DNA of 64,000 nt. Source: an uncultured Anaerolineales bacterium. GTDB lineage: Bacteria > Chloroflexota > Anaerolineae > Anaerolineales > UBA11858. This document shows positions 8,070 through 17,300 of the stretch, piece after piece. The first letter of the stretch is position 1; every line of letters begins with the position of its first letter. The stretch lies in contig CAZUSV010000001.1 in NCBI GenBank assembly GCA_964622645.1, forward strand, positions 5,317-69,316. The letters run 5' to 3'. The notes under the pieces are model-generated. The model was not told the origin of the DNA, made no database searches, and saw only the letters and a program-made list of their open reading frames with translations. Both the position numbers and the translations under genes were made by a program.

Positions 8070-9932
8070 ATGATCACCAAATACACTATTACTAACAACT
8101 TTGTTCTCTTATTGTTGATTGTCTTAGGTATTGGGGTGACTTTAATCGGATTTAGGAAAAACGATAATCCCCTCGAGAGAATGAATTGGATTATATATCC
8201 AACTTTTAATTTTTTTCTTGAGGCTGATTCTGTTCATCGGCCCTTCATGTCTACCGGTGATAGAATACATGAATCATGGATCGGCAAGAGTTATTGGTCT
8301 TCAAAGAATGAAAAGATAGATGGATTTGGAATGGGGTCATCCGCTCACTTGCGAGTTGGTGCGGATCAATTAGAAGCGGCGCTTGATGAATTGAAATCAA
8401 TGAATGTGCATTGGGTGAGAGAAGAAATCCCTTGGGCAGAAATCGAACCTTCGCCGGATTCTTTTCGCTGGGATTATTCTTTCGGAGAGACTCCTCGTGA
8501 TTTTTCCTTGCTCGTTTCTGAATTAGAAAAGCGAGATATCGAAATTGTGGCTCTCCTAGATTATGGCCCTATTTATGGAAATAAACCCATCCCTGAAGAT
8601 AAATTACTCATCCGCTGGGAGAATTATGTTCAAGCAGTGGTTATCAAATTTGGAGATCAGATAGATCATTGGGAGATCCAAAATGAGATGAATAGCCCTT
8701 TGTTTTGGGGGAAAGTTATATATACAGGGCAAAGCATAGATGCGCCTCCAGATCCCGAACTGTATACAAAAATGCTAGATCTTGCTTACACAGTAATCAA
8801 AAAACACAGTCCCGATGATGAGGTTGTCTTAGGTGGGTTAGTGGGTAATGTAAACGATAATTGTGAGACAAATCCTTTTGATTACCTTCATAAAGTACAT
8901 CAGGCTGGGGGTTGGAGTTCGTTTGACGTTATAGCAATACATCCTTATTGGGAAGCCAATCCACCAGAAGCTTTTATCAATCGTGGTCGGGGCCATTCTT
9001 CGGATTCAGGTGCTTGTCAATGGGATCAAACTGCAAATTACAATATGATCGGAGAGGCTCGTGCAATTCGCGACCTGGTCAATCAATTTGGTTCAAAACC
9101 TATTTGGGTCACAGAGGTAGGTTGGAGCCAAGGCTGGCTTGAAACATTAGCTGGTTATCGTGGCACAGATCCTGATTTTGCGGAGGCTGATTATCTAACC
9201 CGAACTTATATTCCGCTCCTTTCGGAACCAGGAGTGAACAAAGTGTTTTGGTATACACAATATGATGATCCTGGTATTTGGGATCAGTTTGCATTGGATT
9301 CGCCGGGCCAACAGGCTTTCCAGAATTTATCTTTCCTACTGACAGGGAGTACCTCACTTGGTCAATCCCAGGGGCAAGGAGATCAGGGCCTTCCAGGTGA
9401 CGATGATGTTTATGAATATCGTTTTGAAAAGGAGGGACAACTCATAATTGTGATTTGGAAATCGCGCGGAGGTGATGTCCCTCGAGATGTCACCATCAGC
9501 GATGTTGATGTTGATGAAATGCGCTTGTACAATCACGATGCTGATGACTTTTCTCCTGATGCAGGACGTGAGATTATTGTAGAAGATGGCAAATTGACCG
9601 TAAAATTGACAGAGCGTCCTGTAATCTTGATTTCTAGCGAGCTAAATTTGTTGGAACGCCTCCAATCAGATGCTCAGCGGAGAGTCGATGAATGGGTACA
9701 AGATCAAACTGAGAAAATATCTCGACAAATTGATGAATGGTGGCAGCGTCAGAGAGAAGAACTTGAACGACGGCTTACGGAATGGCTGCTATCCCAGTGG
9801 GAGAATTTTATTCAACAGCTTGAAGACGCTATCAACCGTTGGTTAGAAGAACAGTGCGCAAGTGTTGGCTTTGTTTTATTATTACCCCTGTTTGTATTAA
9901 TTGTCCGTCGAAAACAGAAGAAATCTGTGTAA
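8070..9932 (+). CDS. clan GH-A glycoside hydrolase (GH5/GH39-like) with N-terminal signal-anchor, C-terminal Trp-rich coiled coil and C-terminal TM anchor
   Basis: Acid/base motif HWEIQNEMN and nucleophile motif IWVTEVGW. N-terminal LLLLIVLGIGVTLIGF. C-terminal VDEWVQDQ...IDEWWQRQREELERRLTEWLLSQWENF...NRWLEEQ followed by GFVLLLPLFVLIVRRKQKK. Confidence 0.7.
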   Translation: MITKYTITNNFVLLLLIVLGIGVTLIGFRKNDNPLERMNWIIYPTFNFFLEADSVHRPFMSTGDRIHESWIGKSYWSSKNEKIDGFGMGSSAHLRVGADQLEAALDELKSMNVHWVREEIPWAEIEPSPDSFRWDYSFGETPRDFSLLVSELEKRDIEIVALLDYGPIYGNKPIPEDKLLIRWENYVQAVVIKFGDQIDHWEIQNEMNSPLFWGKVIYTGQSIDAPPDPELYTKMLDLAYTVIKKHSPDDEVVLGGLVGNVNDNCETNPFDYLHKVHQAGGWSSFDVIAIHPYWEANPPEAFINRGRGHSSDSGACQWDQTANYNMIGEARAIRDLVNQFGSKPIWVTEVGWSQGWLETLAGYRGTDPDFAEADYLTRTYIPLLSEPGVNKVFWYTQYDDPGIWDQFALDSPGQQAFQNLSFLLTGSTSLGQSQGQGDQGLPGDDDVYEYRFEKEGQLIIVIWKSRGGDVPRDVTISDVDVDEMRLYNHDADDFSPDAGREIIVEDGKLTVKLTERPVILISSELNLLERLQSDAQRRVDEWVQDQTEKISRQIDEWWQRQREELERRLTEWLLSQWENFIQQLEDAINRWLEEQCASVGFVLLLPLFVLIVRRKQKKSV

Positions 9933-10380
9933 TATAAAAATGCACTCTTTTTCTTGGATAATTGCTTGATGAAGTTGGATCGGTTTACCCGCATATTTAT
10001 TCCACAGCCCCGCCTTAACTTTGCCCTTCTCTTGCTCGCTTATGTTGTAGTTATCGGCTAAGGTTGCGCATTGCTCATTGTCCGTTCGCCAACAATATTT
10101 GCACACAGTATTCTGATTCTGTTGATATACAGCGGTGGAATGACAATGATTATGTTTGCCGTCGCCATGGGAAAAAGATGATAATTTGTACGAACGCAGT
10201 TAGAGCACCGTTGGGTAAGACAAGAGATCCAAGTGAGAGTGCATAGGGCGCAATTTTTTGTTTGGTTCGTCGCGCATCACTTGTTGTGGATATCTATTAG
10301 CAGCATTTCAATTTACTCTTTTCTGTTCATCTTTGGGATAAAGAATTGGATTCTTACTTTTTTAAGGCTCGGAATGTGGG

Positions 10381-10708
10381 TTGACTCCTTACACGGGGAG
10401 AAGTACAATTGTTCTAGTTCTGAATTGAGAGAAAAGAAGCTCTTTTAAATGAAGAAAGCTGCACAAGAAGTGCAGCAGTCACTCAGATTGTCTTATAAGT
10501 GGTTCTGCGGGGTTCTGTCCCCCTATTTTTACTTCGGGTGGTGTTCCCCTAGGGACGCATGGCGCACACCCCCGTCGGGACCGCCTGAAGTAAAAAACAT
10601 ATGACAGCCTGGTGTAACGTGAGTTGCTCCAGGCCTTTTTTGTTAAGAGACCGGGAGAATCTCGGTCATTTTTGATTCTCGGAGGTAATAAATGGAAAAA
10701 TCGATATG
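10381..10708 (+). repeat. copy 1 of a roughly 320-bp structured non-coding repeat (hairpin, 16-bp conserved stem with variable apex, two terminator-like hairpins)
   Basis: Collinear with 25822-26134. Hairpin GCTGCACAAGAAGTGCAGC. Stem arms TTTTTACTTCGGGTGG (10526-10541) and CCGCCTGAAGTAAAAA (10581-10596), 16 bp if two G-U pairs are allowed. GCCTGG...CCAGGC followed by a T-run. GACCGGGAGAATCTCGGTC (10649-10667) followed by a T-run. Confidence 0.8.
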
Positions 10709-10910
10709 GGAAACTCAGATACTTCTAAAAATGAATGAACCTGAGAACTTCGAGTTACCGGAGTCATATTCGTGTTGTAGGTAGAGAAGGTATCGTTTCA
10801 TCGAATGGATTATTCGATATTCGCGTTTTCAAGATGATCTTGCATAACCAAAAATGTGATACAATCAATGTGTCCACAAATGTGGAGCCATTTGTGTTTT
10901 GGAGGCTGAT

Positions 10911-11162
10911 ATGGTTACTGTAGGAGTACGAGAATTAAAACAGCAGGCCAGCGAGTTGATCCGCCAGGTACGTGAGGATGGCCAGGAAATTCAGGTAACT
11001 TACCGTGGTGAAGTTGTTGCACTGGTCGTACCTGTAAAAAGCCCACCAGAATCTGATAGTACAGCAGCCTGGGATCGCCTGGATGTGCTGGCGGCAGAGA
11101 TCGGTGCGCGCTGGCCAGAAGATGTCACCAGCGTCGAGGCTGTCGCCGAGGGGCGTTCATGA
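10911..11162 (+). CDS. type II antitoxin, Phd/YefM family
   Basis: MVTVGVRELKQQASELIRQVREDGQEIQVTYRGEVVALVVP. RBS GGAGG 5 nt upstream of ATG 10911. 4-nt overlap with the PIN gene. Inverted repeats CCACAAATGTGG / CATTTGTG at 10874-10896 are candidate operators. Confidence 0.75.
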   Translation: MVTVGVRELKQQASELIRQVREDGQEIQVTYRGEVVALVVPVKSPPESDSTAAWDRLDVLAAEIGARWPEDVTSVEAVAEGRS

Positions 11163-11575
11163 GTAAGTATCTCGTTGTCGATGCCAGCGTGTGGGTTGCC
11201 CGTCTGATTGCTCAAGATGCATTTCATGATCTCAGTCGTCGATGGTTGAATGTGCAGCGAGAACACGGGGTGCAATTTGTTGCTCCGACACTTTTGTTAG
11301 TCGAAGTCGCAGCTGCAATATCGCGCCGCACGGGGGACAGAGAGCTGGCAAAGCAGGCAGTGGAAGCATTGGAAGCTTTGGCTGACTTGCGTTTGGTGGA
11401 AATGGATCAGAGTGTTGTTCAATCCGCTGTTAATGCAGGCGCTGATCTGGGTGTGCGTGGCGCAGATGCATTTTATATCGCCATTGCCCAACAACTGTTC
11501 CTGCCTTTGGCTACTTTGGATAAGGATCAACTAGAACGTGCTAGTGACATGGTGGAGACAAAAACAATCGCCTGA
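11159..11575 (+). CDS. PIN-domain ribonuclease toxin (VapC-like)
   Basis: 138 aa. N-terminal LVVDASVWV (first acidic residue), internal LLLVEVA, C-terminal GADAFYIAIAQ...ATLDKD. Immediately follows the Phd-type antitoxin. Confidence 0.75.
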   Translation: MSKYLVVDASVWVARLIAQDAFHDLSRRWLNVQREHGVQFVAPTLLLVEVAAAISRRTGDRELAKQAVEALEALADLRLVEMDQSVVQSAVNAGADLGVRGADAFYIAIAQQLFLPLATLDKDQLERASDMVETKTIA

Positions 11576-11607
11576 TATCAGGATATTGGGAGCTTATATT
11601 GTATTGA

Positions 11608-11640
11608 AAAGAGCGAGAGCGCTGGCCTCGCTCTTTGATT
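11608..11640 (+). terminator. rho-independent-type hairpin after the first TA pair
   Basis: AAAGAGCGAG (11608-11617) pairs with CTCGCTCTTT (11627-11636), 9-nt loop, A-run before and T-rich after. The whole spacer is also bracketed by TATCAGGATA / TATCCTGATA. Confidence 0.5.
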
Positions 11641-11688
11641 TCATGGTTATCCTGATAATTTGGAGGAGAAGTACGATACAATTACTGT

Positions 11689-11949
11689 ATGCTCTCTGAC
11701 ACACCCCCAGAAATTGAAGCAATGCAGTTGGATTTACTGCGTAGAGCACCTCCCTGGCGGAAGGCACATATGCTTGGTCAAATGTACCAAACAGCAAAGA
11801 ATCTTGCCATGGTCGGATTACGTCATCGTAATCCCGATGCTTCTGAAGCTTATCTGCGCCATCGCTTAGCTTTTATATTGCTTGGTCCTGAACTAGCCGA
11901 AAGCGCTTATGGAGCATTAGACGAAATGCTGTTGGTCGATGTTGACTGA
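11689..11949 (+). CDS. small hypothetical protein, putative partner of the downstream nucleotidyltransferase
   Basis: 86-aa ORF overlapping the next gene by 11 nt. No recognisable motif. Confidence 0.4.
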   Translation: MLSDTPPEIEAMQLDLLRRAPPWRKAHMLGQMYQTAKNLAMVGLRHRNPDASEAYLRHRLAFILLGPELAESAYGALDEMLLVDVD

Positions 11950-12511
11950 ACCAATTCTGGTCACGTTACGTGTTGTGGAAGTTCTTGAGCAATTGAAACT
12001 TCCATATATTATTGGTGGTTCCATGGCTACTGCAGTGCATGGTATTGCTCGAGCCACGATGGACGTGGATTTGCTTGTTGATATAAGAGTTGAGCAAGTG
12101 AATATATTAGCACAACAACTGGGGGATGATTTTTTTGCCGATGTGGAGATGATGAAGAATGCTATCAAGCAGGGCATGAGCTTCAATTTAATTCATAAAG
12201 AAACCATGTTCAAAGTGGATATATTCCCAAAAGCAGATCGTCCTTTTGATCAGTCGCAACTGAATCGAGGTGTTTCCCTTCCACTGGCTGTGGATCCCAT
12301 GCGCACTGCATATATTGCCAGTCCCGAGGACAACATTCTTGCAAAGCTTGAATGGTACCGTAAGGGGAGCGAGATATCCGATCGCCAATGGCAAGATGTG
12401 ATTAACGTCATCAAAATTCAAGGGGATCGGCTCGATCATGATTATTTACATCAATGGGCTTTACAGCTGGGAGTAGAAGATTTGCTTGCCAAGGCGTTAT
12501 CAGAAGGATGA
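11939..12511 (+). CDS. minimal nucleotidyltransferase-fold protein (MNT/AbiEii-like TA component)
   Basis: NTase signature GGSMATAVHGIARATMDVDLLV (G-G-S ... D-x-D). 190 aa. Confidence 0.6.
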   Translation: MLTEPILVTLRVVEVLEQLKLPYIIGGSMATAVHGIARATMDVDLLVDIRVEQVNILAQQLGDDFFADVEMMKNAIKQGMSFNLIHKETMFKVDIFPKADRPFDQSQLNRGVSLPLAVDPMRTAYIASPEDNILAKLEWYRKGSEISDRQWQDVINVIKIQGDRLDHDYLHQWALQLGVEDLLAKALSEG

Positions 12512-12537
12512 TCTCCTAATATAGCGAAAAGCTCTTT

Positions 12538-12657
12538 GGCGCACACCCTGTCGGGACTGCCTGAAGTAAATACACTACTACAGAAAGTTCGGAAGGGATG
12601 GAAGACCCTCTGAGCTTTTTTGTTTTAAGATCAAAGAATTTGATGATGATTCTGAGA
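12538..12657 (+). repeat. partial, diverged third copy of the structured repeat (3-prime half only)
   Basis: GGCGCACACCCTGTCGGGACTGCCTGAAGTAAA matches the right arm region of copies 1 and 2. It is followed by a different hairpin, then TTTTTTGTTTTAAGA and TGATTCTGAG, collinear with the copy 1 and 2 tails. Confidence 0.6.
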
Positions 12658-12770
12658 AAACAACACTGGGGTGGGTAGAGAATATCCAAACCGCCCCAGT
12701 GTTGTTTCGGGGCGGTTTGGATGATATATCAATATCTTGTTACCAGCCGCTGAGATAAAGGTGGGTTTTG

Positions 12771-14384
12771 TCACGGCCAGGGAATATCTACCCAACCTGA
12801 ATTTATTGAGCAGTTTGAATTATAGCAAGCAACGATTTTTCCATAAGATTCATTTCCCATACAGGCATTATTGTCATAGACTGTGTAAGGAGACTTTACC
12901 CATTTTTCAAAATTCGTATCGTAATTTTCCCCGACACAATAGCCCGTTTCAATGTGAACACCCACTGCGCCAAGAGGTATGGTCCATGTAACTTCTACCT
13001 TATCCTCTTCATAATCTCTAACAGCTTTAATATTTCCAGGGGGATCATACGATTTTGTTACTGCCGCCGGCCAGGAAATTTCTTTCCAAGGGGATGAATC
13101 GTTACAGAAATGTGGATCGAAGCAAGTACGGACTTTCCCCCAGGATTTCTCTGAGCACAGACCCTTATCTGTTATAGTGTACGGTGAAGAAACATTAGGC
13201 ATGTCATAATATTGCATTTGGTTCTGGTCCCAACACACATTCACTTCTACCATATATCCTGTTGCACAAGGGACATCTGACCATGTTATCGTGACCTGGT
13301 CGCCATTGCGAGAGGCCGAAACGCTATCAGGTGGAACATGCGGGCAAGATGGTTCTTCGGGCTCCTGTTGGGAAGATTGTGAGCCATCAACGATCACAAT
13401 CTCTACATAAAGGGTGCTATCACTGGCGGGGCCAAAGAGAAAGGTCTCCCCTGAGCTGCTGCGCATCTTCCAGTGACTCCATTTCGTGCCCTCCGAAGTT
13501 GGCACGGCCATGTTCATGCTGATCTCGATTTGTGCGCCAGGCATCACGTTTGTGCTCGTGAATTGATAAGGAGAGTTTTCTGAACCAAAATCACCCCCGT
13601 GATAGGTCAGCCGGTAGCCTGCATCCCAGGTGCAGGTGCCCGTGTTTTCGATGCGCCAGATTTTGTTAATGGTTTCACCTGGATCAACAACGGTACCATC
13701 ATCGTAAGTTACATCGCCTCGCCATTGGGCTTTGTTGGTGCAGGTGGCCACCGCAGTGGTAGGCGTGTTGCTGGGTGTAAAGGTGAATGTTGGGGTAAAT
13801 GAGGGGGTAACGGTGTACTCGATGATCTCAGTAAAAGTGGGCGTGGGTGTATGTTGGGGCTCTGCGAGGGACTCCTCTGGTGCTTTTGTATGAGTAGGTG
13901 TGTTGGTTGGCCGATTAATTTCGGGCTCCGCTTCGACGACCTCGGCAACCACGATCTCCTTGGGTTCGACGCTTACCCAGGCACTGGCGCGCGAACTGGT
14001 CACACCAAACTCATTGATGGCCTCTACTTCCACCAGGTATTCGCCGGGATTTTGCGGCACCCAGGAATCAAATAGCACATCGACCAATGGTGAACTGGTG
14101 TCGGTATTTTTGCTCTCCCACAACTCGCCGTTGATATACAATCCCACCAGGGTGACCCCCGGCCCGTCGCCATCCCGCGCATGAGCCTGCACCAGGATGA
14201 ATTCTCCAGCCTTTCCCTGGGTGGGATTGCGGGGTTGGTCGAGCCAGATTACAGGCGCGCCAGCCTGAGCAAGAGATATCTCGGCTACTCCCGTAGTCGG
14301 CATTTCACAGGCGGAAAAAATATTTAACAAGCAGAAATATACTCCAAGCATCATATACTGATTGATTTTACATATGGTTTTCAT
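12771..14384 (-). CDS. secreted/lipoprotein-like multidomain protein: Ig-like, Pro/Thr linker, NBR1-like (FW) domain, two Cys-containing FN3-like modules
   Basis: Start moved to ATG 14384 (RBS AGAGG). Signal peptide ending LNIFSAC. PT linker NTPTHTKAP...TPSFTPTFTFTPSNTPTT. NBR1-like KIWRIENTGTCTWDAGYRL...WSHWKMRSSSGETF. FN3-like DQVTITWSDVPCATGYMVEV and DKVEVTWTIPLGAVGVHIE. Confidence 0.65.
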   Translation of the reverse strand: MKTICKINQYMMLGVYFCLLNIFSACEMPTTGVAEISLAQAGAPVIWLDQPRNPTQGKAGEFILVQAHARDGDGPGVTLVGLYINGELWESKNTDTSSPLVDVLFDSWVPQNPGEYLVEVEAINEFGVTSSRASAWVSVEPKEIVVAEVVEAEPEINRPTNTPTHTKAPEESLAEPQHTPTPTFTEIIEYTVTPSFTPTFTFTPSNTPTTAVATCTNKAQWRGDVTYDDGTVVDPGETINKIWRIENTGTCTWDAGYRLTYHGGDFGSENSPYQFTSTNVMPGAQIEISMNMAVPTSEGTKWSHWKMRSSSGETFLFGPASDSTLYVEIVIVDGSQSSQQEPEEPSCPHVPPDSVSASRNGDQVTITWSDVPCATGYMVEVNVCWDQNQMQYYDMPNVSSPYTITDKGLCSEKSWGKVRTCFDPHFCNDSSPWKEISWPAAVTKSYDPPGNIKAVRDYEEDKVEVTWTIPLGAVGVHIETGYCVGENYDTNFEKWVKSPYTVYDNNACMGNESYGKIVACYNSNCSINSGWVDIPWP

Positions 14385-14398
14385 GTTCCAACCTCTGA

Positions 14399-17300
14399 TT
14401 AAGGTCCCACCAATTGATATTCGAATGAAAATGTGCAATCTTCTTTATCCATTTGGTACGTCCCATGGGGGTTTTCTCGCCAATATTCAAGAGAACCTGC
14501 TTGAATAAAATACTCACTGATACATGAACTACCAGCATCAAAATAAAATACAGGGAAAGGGACTGTTATTTTTCCCCCTCCTCTTCGAAAAATATGTAAT
14601 TCTATTTTTAAATTGGGTTTCTCTTTATGCAAATTTACAATTAATAACGGTTTCTTTATTAGACCAAATTTAACCAGTTCGCTATAAGTAAATTCTCTAT
14701 TATGGTGGGATTTTATGCTGAGATCCACACCTTCAAGTAATTGATATCGCTCTTCATTCAAATTAATGAACATTTTTGAAATATCATCTTCCCAATCGGG
14801 AAATGTGATAGTATGCAAATTGATTTCAATAGCTAACTCGCATTTTTCAGGTGTTGATGTGAAAGGTGCACTTTTGGGGGAGATTTGATTATCCACAATT
14901 GCTTCAACCCAGAACGTCATCGTCGTCCCGCAAGGTGCTTTGTTAACATCTTCAATCACAAGATGTTGGGTGTCTTCAGGGATAATTGGCGTTAAAAGCT
15001 CTGCAAAGAGGCTGGGACCGCCATATTGGGCATGCTTGATGACCGAGAGACCATCCTCAGTTGCACTGTACTCAGCAGAGGGATTGATTTGACGATATAT
15101 GCGGAACCCCTGAAATACACGTCCTTCGAGATATTCTTCGGTATAAACGTAACCTTGAGGGTCATTTGTCCATAGCCAATCCCAAGAAAGGAACAAATCA
15201 GTTCCCATAGGAGTGAGACTAAGTCCATAGGGTGCATGTAAATCCTGATTTTCAGCAATAGATGCGGGGCTTTTATACTCTGGGTAGCATAGTGCATTTG
15301 AGCAAGTGTCTTCCTGAACTTCTTGAAACCTGTTTCCAGGTCGATAACAAACCTGAATGCGTCCTCTTTCCTCTTTCGGAGCACATCCTACAGGGCCAAT
15401 ATCAACAGTGATTGGCGAAGTTTGGCTCGGGGTGAAAACATCTTGCAGCCAGGTGTTGGTTTCCGGATCGCAAACCGAGTAAACCACCTGGTTTGCTACC
15501 GTTGAGAAATCTAATTTGAAGAGGCCGCCAACCCTGTATAAATTCAAAACATCTGGTAGTTCTACATCTGGGCTTATTGGTTTATCCACAATAAGCGGAG
15601 TGCAAAATTGTTTTGGCTCACTTAGCCCTGCTTCCAAAACAGCGCCGTTTTCAGATGTATAGCTGTGCAAGTCGCCGTCTGGGTTAGCCCTGTTTAGAAA
15701 ATCCTGGAAGCGGCCGACCGGGATTAGTTTATTCGCTAGCCAGCCATAACAATCCATCTCAACGGGGACATCTTCATTATCAGGCGCATTAATGGATAAC
15801 GGTGAGCTGAACATGGAAAGAGGGAAGACATTCTCGCGTCCGGGCAAATGACGCAAAAACCTTCCGACTTGGGTTGGTACGCGGTTGTATAAGCCATGAT
15901 GACCAATTTTCTGGTAACAATAAATGTCAGAAACGCCCATTGAATCCTCCGAGAGCATAAGATCCCCAAAATTGCTGACAATAGTATTCTTGCTTTCAGA
16001 TGCTTTTTGGGCAGGGCCGGTTTTGCAGAAAGGGGTGGCGTATTCCTGGCTGAGATGATTGGAGCGGAATCCCAGGGGGCTTTCGGCCTCAACCACGAGG
16101 GTATATTTTTCCCCCTCGATGAAGGTCTCCGGCGGCAATTCAAATTCGGTCTGATCAGGAGCAGTCTCTCCTACTTCCATCAATCCAACTTCGGTAAAGG
16201 CGCCTAAGGGGGGAATATAGGAAATAATATAGCGGCGGAAATCATCCCCAAGCGTGTTCCAGGTCAGTTTCACCGGGTCGCAGCCTCCTCCAGCAATTAC
16301 CAGGCCTTCGGGTGTGGGTGGTGTATCCACATCGCTGCCTATTTGCGTGTTCTCATCAGCGATGACTGTGAAGCCTTCGGTGGGGTCGGGGAGCGAAATG
16401 ACTTCGGGTTCAAAAACCAACTCAGGGACGACAATGGTTTCTCCTTCCGACAGGGCTTGATCAGCCTGGAAACCAGGATTGGCGTCAACGACGTCTTGGA
16501 CATCCACACCTACTTCATTGGCAATGGTTTGGATGGTTTCCCCCTCTTCGGCTAGCTCGATGGTTGCTGCAAGCACCTGCCCAGGCTCGGGATCGACAAC
16601 CATGAAGCGCAGCACGCTGGATTGTCCCATCTCTCCCTGGGTGTTATAAGCGCGTGCCACCAGGGTGTGCCAGCCTAATTCGTGGGGTACCAGGCTGGGT
16701 GTGAAGCTGAAGGTGTCGGAATAGCCGCTGGCGCTGTTTTCATATTGGACCAGGATCTCTCCATCCACCACCAGCTCGCCGCGCGTGACCCCATCCGCAT
16801 CGCGGGCGGTGGCGATCAGGGTCATTTGCCACTCACGCAGGACTTCATCGCCTGTATTTTGGGAGGTATTCAATTCAACAATGGGACCTGGGGCGCGGTA
16901 ATAGGTCACCGCTTGTGATTCTGGTTTCAAAAGTAATTGGTAAGCAAAATAGGCTCCGGCAAACAGGGCGGCAAACGCCAGCAATCCTGCCGTGATCCCT
17001 ATGGCGAGCCTGCCCTTGCGGAGTCTCCGGCGGGCTTGTTTTCTCGCCTTTCTGGTGCTGCGCCGGGGAAAGACGGCCGGTTGTGCCGGTACCTTCGAGC
17101 TGCTGCGGCCAACAGCCGGGGCGCCCGCTTGAACCTTCATCCCCAATGAGAGGCCGAGTTGTACAACGCTCTTTGGGCCCAAACGGGTGGGCTGTGTGAT
17201 GCGCTGGCCGTTGACAAAAGTGCCGTTGGTCGATCTAAGATCCTCAATCCACACCTGACCGGCCTGGACGGTGATGCGGGCGTGGTTGCGCGAAAGCGAT

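Noticed and set aside
9933-10380. Gap of about 450 nt after the glycosidase gene with several 60-70-aa ORFs on both strands.
   Set aside because: There are no motifs, no RBS, and the frames conflict. It is treated as non-coding or decayed sequence, with nothing supportable.
10500-10600. Possible riboswitch (for example guanidine/ykkC-like, because of CCTAGGGAC and ACCGGGAGA words) in the repeat.
   Set aside because: The words are not in the order or spacing of any riboswitch consensus I can recall. The CCTAGGGAC segment is absent from copy 2. The element ends in two terminators well upstream of the next start codon.
10447-10614. 55-aa ORF (MKKAAQEVQQSLRLSYKWFCG...) inside repeat copy 1, and the 71-aa ORF 10233-10448 running into the repeat.
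   Set aside because: The 55-aa frame is closed by TAG after 12 codons in copy 2, so it is not conserved as coding. The 71-aa ORF has no RBS or motif, and only its last 22 codons are shared with copy 2. That shared tail is noted in the finding as a possible relic of a gene 3-prime end.
10500-10680. The idea that the structured repeats are integron attC sites and the TA genes integron cassettes.
   Set aside because: The conserved basal stem is TTTTTACTTCGGGTGG/CCGCCTGAAGTAAAAA, not an RYYYAAC...GTTRRRY pair. The nearest candidates (GTGTAAC, GTTAAGA) violate the consensus and are not mutually complementary. No intI-like integrase is in the window. An attC covariance-model scan would be needed to exclude the idea fully.
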